Positions 1 through 10,725 of a stretch of 20,000 nucleotides of DNA are shown here, in pieces. The number at the start of each line of letters is the position of its first letter. The stretch's first letter is position 1. The notes beneath the pieces are model-generated. The model was not told the origin of the DNA. It searched no databases and saw only the letters and a program-made list of their open reading frames with translations. Source of the DNA: Vezdaea acicularis (taxonomy: Eukaryota); contig JAPEUI010000042.1 of the NCBI GenBank assembly GCA_026025075.1, positions 108,821 through 128,820 of the forward strand, given 5' to 3'. The position numbers and the translations under genes were made by a program.

Positions 1-332
1 GAAATTATTCTTTGTTATAAGAATACACGGGTGACATTTATTTTGAGACCAACTCTCAGCCATGTCCAACTGACTACCTGCTTACTGCTAGATGCACCAT
101 GCATGGGTGGAATACTGAGGCTTCTGGTATTCGATGGTGTTGATACGGTTCTACGGGACTTGAGATATAGCCGGAATGAGTGAAGGTGTAGACCAGTTTC
201 AATTATTTAAATTAGCTCCTATATATAGTATAAATCCATCTCTACTTAGTAATTGTCCTAAAATTGAATAGAATTGTGAATAGTGATATATATAAGAGAG
301 AAAAGCTATAATGGTGGGTGGAGGGGCTGGTA

Positions 333-2132
333 TCATCTCAGAGACCGATGAAAAGACTCTAGCAGCTTTACCACGGCCTTGTGCCCACCCGTAGCGGCCC
401 TGTCCAGCGCCGTCCTTCCAGACTCATCCTTCGCCTCGACGTTGGCCCCCTTCTCCAGCAGCAGCTTGACCATGGCCTCGTGCCCACCCGCAGCGGCCTC
501 GCCCAGCGCCGTCCTTCCAGAGAAACCCTTCGCCTCGAGGTCGGCCCCCTTCTCCAGCAGCAGCTTGACCACGGCCTCGTGCCCACCCGCAGCGGCCTCG
601 CCCAGCGCCGTCCCTCCGAAGAGACCCTTCGCCTCGAGGTCGGCCCCCTTCTCCAGCAGCAGCTTGGCCACGGCCTCGTGCCCACCCGTAGCGGCCCTGT
701 GCAGCGCCGTGCTTCCAGACTCATCCTTCGCCTCGACGTTGGCCCCCTTCTCCAGCAGCAGCTTGACCACGGCCTCGTGCCCACCCGTAGCGGCCCTGTG
801 CAGCGCCGTGCTTCCAGACTCATCCTTCGCCTCGAGGTCGGCCCCCTTCTCCAGCAGCAGCTTGACCACGGCCTCGTGCCCACCCGTAGCGGCCCTGTCC
901 AGCGCCGTCCTTCCAGACTCACCCTTCGCCTTGACGTCGGCCCCCTTCTCCTGCAGCAGCTTGACCACGGCCTCGTGCCCACCCGTAGCGGCCCTGTCCA
1001 GCGCCGTCCTTCCAGACTCATCCTTCGCCTCGACGTTGGCCCCCTTCTCCAGCAGCAGCTTGACCACGGCCTCGTGCCCACCCGCAGCGGCCTCGCCCAG
1101 CGCCGTCCTTCCAGACTTACCCTTCGCCTCGACGTCGGCCCCCTTCTCCAGCAGCAGCTTGACCACGGCCTCGTGCCCACTCGAAGCTGCCCATGATAGC
1201 AGTGATTGACCGTTATCATCCATCGTGTTGACTTTGGTATCCTTATCGACTTTGGCATTCTTATCGAGTAGTAGTTTTACGACGGTCATTAACCCTTTCT
1301 TGGTAGCCCACCAGAGTAGTATGTTTCCGTCGTCGCGGCATTTCTGTGCTAACACTTCTGCGCTTTCGACGTCCTCGTTTTCAAAGTCTTTATTCTGTAG
1401 CAGAAATATGGCGGTCCCTCGATGACCTCCATCAACCGCCAAGTGCAATACCGCAGCCTTGTCCGCCGCTGTAACACGGGCATCTTTAAAAAGCGTCTGT
1501 ACTATATTCTTGTGACCGTTTCGAGCTGCTCTGTTCAGCGCCTTGTCTTTGTTGTTATCTTCCTTCGAAACATCGGCACCTTTCTTGACCAGCAACTGCA
1601 CCACCTCTTCGTTCCCATTCTCGGCTGCCCAGTGAAGTGCCGTCCGTTTGCAGTTGTCCCCAGTGTTGATAAGTGCCGTCAGTTTGCAGTCATCCCGAGT
1701 GTTGGTATCATCACAGATCTTTTTCTTTTCAAGGAGCTCCTCCACAATATCCTTGTGCCCTCTAATTGCAGCCTCGTGAAGTGGAGTCCTCCCATCTGCA
1801 TCTGTGAGAGTACATTTCGGATCCGCAAATTCTATGAGACGCTTTACAAACTCCCCATATCCAAGAGTTGCCGCCCAGTGCAGCGCAGATCTCCCGAGTT
1901 CGTCCTGAGCGTTGACATCAAGCGCGGTCTCTCTCCTGGATATCGTGAGAGTGGACGTGCGCCTTTTGAGCAGAGATTTTTGTATTTCATCTGGTTGATT
2001 CTTAATTGCAGCAAAATGAAGCTTTGTTTTTCCACTACGTTTTCCGACAACAGTGTTTGTCCGTTTCAGCTTTGGCATCTGGAGACCTCCATCCAGTCTG
2101 TTGGTTGATACGACGGGAGATTGCTTCTCCAT
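333..2132 (-). CDS. Ankyrin-repeat protein (~599 aa): divergent N-terminal ANK repeats plus ~8.5 highly conserved C-terminal ANK repeats; no NACHT/NB-ARC seen
   Basis: Open frame 333..2294 starts at TTG; the first in-frame ATG is at 2132 (acagacATGG, MEKQ...). Repeated ANK motifs G(R/S)TAL(H/D/G)xAAxGGHEAVVKLLLEKGA, GRTPLHEAA, RTALHWAAENG. Confidence 0.9.
   Translation of the reverse strand: MEKQSPVVSTNRLDGGLQMPKLKRTNTVVGKRSGKTKLHFAAIKNQPDEIQKSLLKRRTSTLTISRRETALDVNAQDELGRSALHWAATLGYGEFVKRLIEFADPKCTLTDADGRTPLHEAAIRGHKDIVEELLEKKKICDDTNTRDDCKLTALINTGDNCKRTALHWAAENGNEEVVQLLVKKGADVSKEDNNKDKALNRAARNGHKNIVQTLFKDARVTAADKAAVLHLAVDGGHRGTAIFLLQNKDFENEDVESAEVLAQKCRDDGNILLWWATKKGLMTVVKLLLDKNAKVDKDTKVNTMDDNGQSLLSWAASSGHEAVVKLLLEKGADVEAKGKSGRTALGEAAAGGHEAVVKLLLEKGANVEAKDESGRTALDRAATGGHEAVVKLLQEKGADVKAKGESGRTALDRAATGGHEAVVKLLLEKGADLEAKDESGSTALHRAATGGHEAVVKLLLEKGANVEAKDESGSTALHRAATGGHEAVAKLLLEKGADLEAKGLFGGTALGEAAAGGHEAVVKLLLEKGADLEAKGFSGRTALGEAAAGGHEAMVKLLLEKGANVEAKDESGRTALDRAATGGHKAVVKLLESFHRSLR
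363..1180 (-). repeat. Tandem array of near-identical 99-bp units (33-aa ankyrin repeats), GC-rich
   Basis: Unit core 'cccttctccagcagcagcttgaccacggcctcgtgcccaccc' recurs every 99 bp. Alternate-frame ORFs show the same 33-aa periodicity. Confidence 0.95.
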
Positions 2133-2533
2133 GTCTGTTCGTTTCCGTACAAGATGTGGATATTCATAGCACAAGACAAAAATCAACCGAAAAGAGCCGT
2201 GATTCTTTATAAAAGAGAAACAAGGTCTAGCCTTTCCAAACGCCTTCAGCCTCGTCGCACCTGAAAAAATCGAGGATCCATTGATAGGAGCCAATCAACC
2301 TCCATAAGCCCGTGTCGATGCGCCAAGGTGGCAAAGATATTGCCCCGTTTGTTAGTATCCATTTAAAGATCACACACGGTGCGTATTTCCTGCGTATAGC
2401 CTTGGGAGTCAAGGAGCGGAGTAGTGGTGCTGCGAACCACAGTTTTTCTTCTCAAAAGACAGATTGAGAGACCGGATCAGAGCATTTATCTGGGTCTCAA
2501 TTGACATTTGCAACACCTTAAATCTCAATAATA

Positions 2534-4384
2534 ATGTCTACAGCTTGTCTCTGTCTAGCGCTTCTTCTTTTGTCCCCTGCCGCTCTTGCTAGCGACGCGG
2601 CCCGGCCCGAGGATCGTCCGGTCGGTTGGCAAGGGGCCAATCACCGGCGCGGCACTTGGGACATCATCATCAATTGTTTAACCACGTTCATCGCCTGCAC
2701 GTGGAGTGTTCAACATCTCAACGTTCCAGCAGAGGAAAACAGTCAAGAGAGTTCGGCAGAAGAACAAGGCGGACTCTTGGTTCATCTATGGCGGGCCTAT
2801 TTGGCGAATACTTGGCGGCGTATGTGGCGACAACTCAAGTGGATGATTATCACGACACTGTTCCCTGAGCTAATCGTCATTCATGCCTACCTCGAGCTCA
2901 CTATGGCCCTCAAGGCTCTCTGGCGTATGAAAGGAAAGGGTAAGTCCGTTGAATTACCGTGGTGGTCCGACTGGCGATCTCTGTCATGGCCGCGAGGCTG
3001 CTTCTCCACAAGGCAGGAAGAGACAGAGGTTGAGAAGCAGCTTAACACAAAAGTACAGGCTGAAGTTGACAAGAAGTGGACGTTGACTCATTGCTTCTTT
3101 GCCAACATGGGAGGCCTATACTACACCACAGAGAAAAGCCCGCCATCTATTTTGACAGCCGTGCAGCTTGCAGAAGAGTCGGAATTTGAGCAACCAGAGA
3201 TTTCCGAGGACGAGATTAAGGACAAGAGCAAGCAAGATCTGTTTGCAAAAATTTTTGCAGTTTTCCAGATTCTGTGGCTTGTTCTGTCCATCATCGTCCG
3301 AAAATTTCGAGGATTAGCCTACTCACAACTTGAGTTAATCACATTGGTTTTCGCAGTGTGTGGCGTGTGCATTTACTTTCTATACTTCTATAAGCCTCAG
3401 AACGTGGAAAGAAGGATACGCATTGGACAAAAGAAAGAATCTCTAAAAGAAGCATCGTCCCGGGGTGGTCTCCAGCAGACTAATTCAGAAAGAGATGCCT
3501 CTTCACAATCCCAGAAAATCAAGAAAACATACGATAGTCTCTGGGATGTGCTGATGAACAAATCACATTCTACGAGCGATTCTAGTCATTCGCCTCTCAT
3601 AAGGGTTCCTAATGACAACATTCCGCTTTCTAAGAGCCATGTTGCCCATTCAGCCGTGGTTTTCTTGGCCTTTGCGTCAGGTCTCTTCGGCGCCCTGCAC
3701 GCTTTTGCTTGGGATTTCGAGTTTCCTTCTCGAGTAGAAAGATATCTTTGGCGAACGGCTACTTGCGTTGCCGCCGGCAGCCCCTTTGTTGGGCTGATTA
3801 CGATACCGCTGGCGCAGCTGACACGCTCAGCCGGCGATCCCGAAATCTTCAAGGCAAAATGTCTGCGCTTAATGAGCGAGTATTCTTGGCATGTCTCTGA
3901 CAAAGGCCCAATCAACGCCGCCTATGAGAAACTCGAGCATACTATCGTTTTTCCCGAGAATGACCAGCAGCAACAGTATGTCTACATATTCTCAGAGGGG
4001 CCAGAATCGAACGATGCTCAAGCAAGACAACTTGCAGGGAATCTGCTCGACTTCTTAGAGCTGAAAGAAGACTTTTTGGGAAAAAAACCACAAGAGCTGC
4101 ACCACGATAAAGAATTGATTGGGCACTTCCAAACACTGGTTAGCATCATTGAAGGACATGAGTCTAAAAGACTTATCGATCAGGCTAGGACAGACATTTT
4201 TCCACAGAAGAATGTGTTTCACAAAAGTTTTAATCAAGGTATTGTTGTTGTGACGACAATTCTCTACTGCCTAGCCCGTCTTTCAATCCTTGCTGTCGGA
4301 TTCTCAAGCCTTCGCTCGATGCCAGATTCTGTATATGTGAGGACGCCTTGGACGACGTTCATTTCAGTGGCCGGATCAGGTTAG
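2534..4384 (+). CDS. Predicted multi-pass membrane protein of unknown function (616 aa) with N-terminal signal peptide
   Basis: Long intact ORF with hydrophobic leader MSTACLCLALLLLSPAALA and ~7 hydrophobic segments. Motifs RGTWDII..C..T...CTWSVQHLNVP, WTLTHCFFANMGG, EIKDKSK.D..AK, QLELITL, LH..AW.F.FPS..E..LWR, SLRSMP..VY resemble a widespread uncharacterised fungal family (recognised from memory, not by search). Confidence 0.85.
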   Translation: MSTACLCLALLLLSPAALASDAARPEDRPVGWQGANHRRGTWDIIINCLTTFIACTWSVQHLNVPAEENSQESSAEEQGGLLVHLWRAYLANTWRRMWRQLKWMIITTLFPELIVIHAYLELTMALKALWRMKGKGKSVELPWWSDWRSLSWPRGCFSTRQEETEVEKQLNTKVQAEVDKKWTLTHCFFANMGGLYYTTEKSPPSILTAVQLAEESEFEQPEISEDEIKDKSKQDLFAKIFAVFQILWLVLSIIVRKFRGLAYSQLELITLVFAVCGVCIYFLYFYKPQNVERRIRIGQKKESLKEASSRGGLQQTNSERDASSQSQKIKKTYDSLWDVLMNKSHSTSDSSHSPLIRVPNDNIPLSKSHVAHSAVVFLAFASGLFGALHAFAWDFEFPSRVERYLWRTATCVAAGSPFVGLITIPLAQLTRSAGDPEIFKAKCLRLMSEYSWHVSDKGPINAAYEKLEHTIVFPENDQQQQYVYIFSEGPESNDAQARQLAGNLLDFLELKEDFLGKKPQELHHDKELIGHFQTLVSIIEGHESKRLIDQARTDIFPQKNVFHKSFNQGIVVVTTILYCLARLSILAVGFSSLRSMPDSVYVRTPWTTFISVAGSG

Positions 4385-4677
4385 TCGGTACCGGCAGAGA
4401 CTGTTTGAAAAAGCAAGATCTGCTGGACAGGATTTTTCGTATGATCACTTGATTCTACATAAACGCTCATGTTGCTTCTTTTCAAAAAATATTTAAAGGC
4501 AAATGTCACAGGGTTGAGCTGGAAACCTGCAGAATGGAGTGTATGGCGTAAGGCATCTGGCAGAAGGCATGGAAGCAAATAAATCATCTGAAATCAAAGC
4601 GAATGGATTGCTCACAGCGTAGTATTAATAGATAGCTTTGTCCTTGCATTTGCTCCTTACAGAGTGTCTTGTAATTA

Positions 4678-5133
4678 CAGTGAAGCCTCGACATAAGGAT
4701 GGCCTCGGGACCGGCCAACCCATCCTTACAGCAGAGGTATTCCTATATCCAGGTATCACGTGAAGAAAATCAAGGTCATGTGCAGAGAATTAATCCAGTG
4801 AATATCTAGCACTACAATAGAATGCATGATGTGTAGAATAATTGCATCTTACAGCCTTATTTAGATTGCATGTGATCAGAACAATACAGTATTTCAGCAA
4901 TATGCTGGCTGTCTTGAGTGAAATATGTTATTTGATATCTGCTATCTGACTGGTCTATAACAGCTGTAAGGATATTTTGATGTAAAATTTAAGTGTGGGG
5001 ACCAAAGAAATTAAAAATATCCTTAAGGTGAAATAAATCCTTAATTACCACCAAAAAGTATTGGGACCAATGAACTCATCCTTACTGGTTGGGTATTCTT
5101 GTATTGAATCATTCTTATGTCAAGGTTTCACCG
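4678..5133. mobile_element. Non-autonomous Tc1/mariner-pogo-like MITE (~456 bp)
   Basis: TA|CAGTGAAGCCTCGACATAAGGAT at the left; ATTCTTATGTCAAGGTTTCACCG|TA at the right (reverse complement CGGTGAAACCTTGACATAAGAAT, 19/23 match, all mismatches transitions). TA on both sides; no coding capacity. Confidence 0.8.
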
Positions 5134-5665
5134 TAATAGCAATCACTTTCATCTTACCTGCAGTGCCTTCAGGGCTTCACTACCTGTATGTTTGTTTCGT
5201 GACAACAAATGAATAAAATGTATTTTAATTTGCAAAAATGAACTCTATAGTTTTTTTACCACCTAACCTAACAATCTAGAGTGGAGGGTCGTAAGGATTG
5301 TACATTTGCAAAATTGTGTCTTTTATTATTATCAACTTACCTTCCCGTGATCTAGCTTGCAGAACGACTGCGTTTAACAAATGCTAGGGATACATCATGT
5401 GATCACCGTTATATAAAAAAGCAGTGAAGCATTGTAAAATAGCTTCTTAGTATTCAATCGTATCAATCTTGAGAGATATTTATTGAATACTATCTACTAT
5501 TTACTATTGCCTGCAACTTGCATGCAATACGCATGCAACCATTTAAAATGAAGCTAATCTGTTGCCAGTCTATACACACGCGCCTTACACTTATTGTCAT
5601 AAATCTATCTTTCCTATAATTTAGCTTGCAGAACAATTGCGTTTAGCAAGCGTTGAGTATACATC

Positions 5666-6267
5666 TGTTGTGGAATAATAAGCAAGAGGCAGCGATGAGC
5701 CATAGGAGCAGGAAGCAAGTACGTAATATACCAACAGAAGCAGCCTCCTCATAGCGCCTGCCCATAAAAGCAGCGCTATAAGGCATGCGATTGCTCTGTA
5801 ATAGACAGCGCTTATTGCGCTGTCCTGACTGGGCAGTTGTGACCTGCATATATAGCATATCTTTATAGATAGAAACAATGCAACTCTTTGATCATAAACT
5901 TATATCAGAACTGTCAGGGCACGGGTGTCCTAACGCGTCAGGGCACTAGGCGTCCTGATATAGTATGGGGATCAAAGAGTTGTATTTCTTCTATCTAGGA
6001 GGATACGCTATATATACAAGTCGTCACGTGCCAGTCACGACTACCCGGTCAAGACAGCGCGGCAAGCGCTCTCTGTTGTAGGGCAGTTGCATACCGCATA
6101 GCGCTGCCCCTATAGGCAGGCGCTATACAAAGGCTGTTTATATTAGTATTGCTGCGTAGTTACTTCCTATCCCTGTATCCTGTCGCTACCCCCCTGCTCC
6201 CATATGCAGGTGTCCCACAAGAAGAACGCTTTGTCCTTAAAGTGTCTGGACATCTCGTGCCCTGACA
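5666..6267. mobile_element. Degenerate solo LTR (family C) interrupted by a nested LTR
   Basis: TGTTGTGG...CCCTGACA ends. Similar to the split LTR at 10134-10181/10565-10725/19312-19410. Flanks acatc/atatt differ by two C>T changes. Confidence 0.7.
5912..6222. mobile_element. Solo LTR (B/C-related), inverted relative to its host LTR
   Basis: Starts TGTCAGGGCAC (reverse complement of the ...GTGCCCTGACA end) and ends gtcccacaaga. Perfect 5-bp TSD AGAAC (5907-5911, 6223-6227). Confidence 0.8.
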
Positions 6268-6285
6268 ATATTTTATGATCATTAT

Positions 6286-6745
6286 TGTAAGAATGGACAC
6301 AAGCTCTGCTCCTTTTCTGAAAGCATGGCAGGCATATAACGTCTGTGTCCTGCTTTTGGCAAGGAAACATACGCTCAACAAGGTATACACAAGCTACAAT
6401 AGCTAGATATAATGATATGCGGCGGATATAATGATAATTGTTTAATTAAATAAGGCGATATAGAGATAATAGGGTCATATAAATATAATAATAATTGCCC
6501 AGTTAAATGAGGCAATATAGAGACAATAGGAACATAAAAATATAATGAAATCTTTTAGGATCTAGCTATAGCATATGGTAGGAAATTATTTGATGACAAG
6601 CCATCAGAGTGGCATCATTGAGCATATATAGATAAGGAGTTTGATCAGCGTTGTCTCTAGACTAGACTATAAGCAGCAATCATCTTATTTAATCCACCAT
6701 AGCTCTGCTAGCAAGCCATCAAAAAAATCACTACAGCGTCTTACA
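6286..6745. mobile_element. Solo LTR (family E) with a short internal tandem duplication
   Basis: TGTAAGA...TCTTACA ends; TSD ATTAT (6281-6285, 6746-6750). Inverted relatives at 8956-9374 and 9723-10133. Confidence 0.8.
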
Positions 6746-6798
6746 ATTATCATATACGTATAAGAATAAGCACAATAGATGCCTTTAAAGCTGAAAAT

Positions 6799-7176
6799 TG
6801 TAAGGACAAGCATGATAGCTGCCCTTGATTTTGAGAGCGTGGTAGGCCAGCGCCGTCTGCGGTCCGCCTACAGTGTTGCCGTGTGTTTAATAGGCTATAG
6901 AGGTAGGTGGGCCGCCAGCGGTAGCTAGCGGTGTCACAAGGCTATATAAATATAGCGATATAGCAATATAATGAATAGGCTGCGATTACATAAATAGATT
7001 CCAAGAACTAGCTATGAGTCAAGACTATTTAATGCCGCATCCCTAGCGGAATTGACTTGATATATATATAAAAGGCGCGCTGACTAAACGCCTCCTGAGC
7101 GCCACCGGCGTCCAAATAAGAACAGCTGTCTAGGGCACGCCGGCGCGCCCTAGGCGGATGCCATCGCGTTTTTATA
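6799..7176 (-). mobile_element. Solo LTR, family A (same family as the full-length element), 378 bp
   Basis: Colinear with 10726-11103 with many G>A/C>T changes. Flanks aaaat/agaac are compatible with a mutated TSD. Confidence 0.9.
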
Positions 7177-7307
7177 AGAACATAGTAAGATAATCCACAT
7201 TTGCATCCCGCCTGCAACGTCTCTGCATGTTTAATGGGCTATAGAAATAGATGGGCCGTCAACAATAGCTAGAATATCATTAAGCAGTGTAGGAATATAA
7301 ATATAAT

Positions 7308-7651
7308 TGTTATGGGACACGAGGTAGGGGGCGTCTAGGCAGGAGAAAGCATCGCCCGGACATAGGAGCTAAAGGGTAGTGGCATCTGGACGCAAGGATA
7401 AGGAGCGATCATATGGCGTCTACTAATAGGGGCAGCGCTTGTACGTCATGCGACTGCCCTAGGACAGACAGCGCCTGCCGCAACTAGCAGCGCTGTCTTG
7501 TCCAGGCAGCCACAACCGGATATCCTTTGCCCTATATATATAGATGAATCCCCTAGCTAGATGAATGGAACAACTTCTTCATAAACACCGTTTACTGACA
7601 GGACGCCCCGTGCCCTGACGTATTGATGCCAGGACGCCCCGTGTCCTGACA
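7308..7651. mobile_element. Solo LTR, family B (344 bp)
   Basis: TGTTATGGGAC...GTCCTGACA; perfect TSD ATAAT; highly similar to 12747-13088. Confidence 0.9.
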
Positions 7652-7933
7652 ATAATGATATAACAGATGATCTGCAGTTATGTGGATGGATTCTAATAAC
7701 TAGCTACAAGCCAAAATTATTTGATGTCAAAGTTTCTAACGGGCTTGATTTAGTATATATGTCAGTAATACGCTGAATAAACGTCTTTTACGCGCCGTAG
7801 GTGCGTAAACAAAAACAGTCCTCTAAAACGTGCTAGCATTTGTCATTGTGTTCTTACATTATTTAAGTTAATTCTTAAAGATTTATATCTATTTTTGTTA
7901 TAAGACAAAAGTTAATATTTATCTAAGCCATTA

Positions 7934-8343
7934 TATAATGACTGTACTAGCTCCTAGCTTCTATCCAGACTTTTGGGATAAATAAAGGGTAAAAGAACTA
8001 GCTTTGCTTCAGCTTTGCTTCTATTTTGCCTAGCTTCCTAGCACCTAACATAAAACCAAGTAGTTTTTATATCACTTGACCTAGACGAGCGTAGCTATTA
8101 GAGCTACCACGTTCTTTAAGATAGCTCTTCAGTAATCAACTCATCTATTCATCTGAATAACTAGTAGAAAGGCATCCTCGCTCTACTTTGTCTAATTTTT
8201 GCCTTGTCTCATCTTGCCTCCTTGCCTTGCCCTAGCTACTATCACTGCAATTAATTTTTGCCAGCAAGTCTTTGAGCCCTTGAGAATTAGCCCATACGCC
8301 TACAGACTCTCGCCTCCTGATGAAACACTGGCCTGTCCTTACA
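7934..8343 (+). mobile_element. Solo LTR, family D (410 bp)
   Basis: Colinear with 19419-19829; perfect TSD CATTA (7929-7933, 8344-8348). Confidence 0.9.
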
Positions 8344-8770
8344 CATTAACCCTTGAATTAAACTAATTAATGTTTTAATCTGTTAAATAGTAGATAGATA
8401 AAAAAAATTTAACATTTATTTATTTTATTTATATATATGTGCAAAAAACTTTATAAAACAACATCAATACTCTTTATAAATGTTTTTTTTTCCAAAATTT
8501 GACATGCATTCACTTATTTTCTGAAGTTTTTTGTAGAAAGCCACCAAAACTTTTGCTTAAGCTTATTGATGAAATTATGACCGCTAAATAAGATAAACCT
8601 TTGCTTAGAACATAGCTTAAGAAGAGTAATGATCAGCCTCTTTTAAATATATTGCTAATGGCGCTACATTATGGATTTGTAATTAAATAGTTTTTTACAC
8701 CCTGGCAGTATATATGATATCTCCTAACTCATATCATTATATTTATTTAAGATTATTATACTTATTATAT

Positions 8771-9575
8771 TGTAAAAACAGAAGCGGCATATGTTTAGAG
8801 CGCGCTAACGCGTCTTAAACAGCTATTTTTGCTTGAAAACCAGCAGTTCTTAGGAAATGCTTAGTTAACACACCTTAGATATATATATTGAGTTAATTCC
8901 GCTAGGAATTTGGCATTGAATAGTTTTAACTTATATTTAATTATTAGAATTTACCTGTTAAACGTTGTTATAACTTTCTCAAAAGCTTACCGGCGGAGCT
9001 ATGGCAAACTGAGCAAAATAAACGCCGCTTAAAGTTTAGCTTAAAGGAAGCGACTATTAAACCTTTTATCTATATATGTCCAATAGTGTTACCCCAATAG
9101 CTCATCATCAAGTAGTTTTATTTTTATATTATAGCTAGATTTTACAGAATTTTATAATAATTCTATTATATCCATATGAGCTCATTGTTTTCATATTACC
9201 CTATTCAATTGGGCAACTATTATTATATCCGCCGCATATCATTATATCCAGCTATTATAGCTTCATAGTCCGCGTACATTTTTCTAAATATATGCCTTCT
9301 TGCTGTAAACAGAACGCAGGTGTCATACATCTGCTACGCTCTTAATAAGGGCAGAATTTGTGTTTATCCTTACATTACCTACATAATTGCAGATCATCTA
9401 TTATATAGCTATAAATTATATTTTTATACTGCTCAATGATATTGTTAGCTATTGTTTGCGACTTATTGACTCTAATAATTCATTTAACATGCAATGACAT
9501 TGCAAGCAGGATGCAAACAATAATTGACCTATCACGCTCTCAGAATCAAAAGCAGCTATTGTGTTCATTCTTATA
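8771..9575 (+). mobile_element. Old AT-rich family-A-like LTR split by a family E solo LTR
   Basis: 8771-8955 plus 9380-9575 (~381 bp) follows the reverse complement of 10726-11103 with heavy transition damage. Confidence 0.65.
8956..9374. mobile_element. Solo LTR, family E (419 bp)
   Basis: TGTTAAAC...CCTTACA; perfect TSD TTACC; reverse-complement relative of 6286-6745. Confidence 0.8.
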
Positions 9576-9722
9576 ATTCTGTTTAATTTACCCTTAAAAA
9601 GAAAGCCTGATAGCCGTTGGCAGACATTAAATAAAAATACGCAGAGGTATAGAAATATCAAAATTATCTTTTACAACAAAAATAATTAATAAAAATAATA
9701 GCATCATGAAAAACAAGCTAAT

Positions 9723-10133
9723 TATAAGACACTGCTGTGACTTTTTTGGTGGCCTGTCAGCGGAGTTATAACAGACTAAACAAGATAAATGTTGCCTAAA
9801 ACCTAGCTCAAAAGAAACAATAATCAAGCCTTTTACCTATATATGCCGATAACGCTATTCCAATAGCTTGTTATCAATTAGTCTTCTATCATATGCTATA
9901 GTTTGATTCTACAAAACTTCATAGCAATTCTATTATATCTACATGAGCTCATTGTCTTTATATTATCCTATTTAATTAAGCAATTATCATTATATCCGCG
10001 GCATATTATTATATCTAGCTACCATAACCTCATAGCTTGCATACGCCTTGCTGAGCATATACTTTTTTGCCGCAAGCAGAACGCAGGCGTTGTACATCTG
10101 CCACGCTTTTAGAAAAAGAGCAGAACTTGTGCT
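9723..10133. mobile_element. Family E LTR, interrupted near its right end by the 10134-19410 nest
   Basis: Direct-repeat relative of 8956-9374. Stops at ...cagaacttgtgct where the other copy continues ttatccttaca; 'tat' resumes at 19416. Confidence 0.7.
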
Positions 10134-10181
10134 TGTTGTAGAACAACGGGATAAGAGCAGGGAGTAGCAACAGGCTATAGA

Positions 10182-10559
10182 TGTAAGAACGCGGTGGCAT
10201 CCGCCTAAGGCGCGTTGGCGTACCTTAGACGGCTGTTCTTGCTTAGATGCCGGTAGCGCTCAGGGGGTGCTTAGTTAACGCGCCCCTTATATATATATCG
10301 AGTTGGTCCCGCTAGGGATGCGGCATCAAATAGTCTTGACTCATAGTTAGTTCTTAGAATCTATTTATATAACCGTAGCCTATTCGTTATATCGTTATAT
10401 CGCTATATCTATATAGCCCTGTAACACCGCTAGCTACCGCCGGTGGCCCGCCTATTCCTATAGCCTATTAAACACACAGTGACACCGCAGGCGGACCGCA
10501 GACAGCGCTGGTCTACTACGCTCGCAGAATTAGAGGCAGTTATTATGCTTGTTCCTACA
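10182..10559 (+). mobile_element. Solo LTR, family A (378 bp), opposite orientation to the full-length element
   Basis: TGTAAGAAC...GTTCCTACA; reverse complement of 10726-11103 with transitions; perfect TSD ATAGA. Confidence 0.9.
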
Positions 10560-10725
10560 ATAGAGGCAAGGAACAGATACGTTATATACTAACAGAAGCA
10601 GTCTCCTTATAGTGCTTGCCTATAAGAGCAACGTTATGAGATATGCGACTGCCTTGCAACAGATAACGCTTACCGCATTGTGTTGACCAGGCAATTGTGA
10701 TCAAGCACATGATGACCTATATATA

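Larger units (their letters stand above)
6759..7858 (-). mobile_element. Old degenerate family-A-like LTR split into three pieces by two younger solo LTRs
   Basis: Pieces 6759-6798, 7182-7307 and 7657-7858 (~368 bp total) follow the LTR-A sequence in order (tataagaataagcacaatagatgcc...gttcttaca). No TSD recognisable. Confidence 0.6.

Noticed and set aside
363..1180. CRISPR-like repeat/spacer reading of the array
   Set aside because: No unique spacers; units are codon-phased coding repeats in a eukaryotic context.
368..1258. Three long alternate-frame or antisense ORFs over the ankyrin array
   Set aside because: By-products of a GC-rich 99-bp tandem repeat lacking stops; only one frame gives a recognisable fold.
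2133..2294. N-terminal extension of the ankyrin ORF
   Set aside because: Starts at TTG; the first ATG with good context is at 2132.
5352..5665. ~45-bp imperfect direct repeat (tagcttgcagaac...tacatc)
   Set aside because: Real but too degenerate to assign; probably an older repeat remnant.
5621..10112. Small ORFs in the AT-rich interval
   Set aside because: They lie in or across degenerate LTR sequence, have no recognisable motifs, and many use non-ATG starts.
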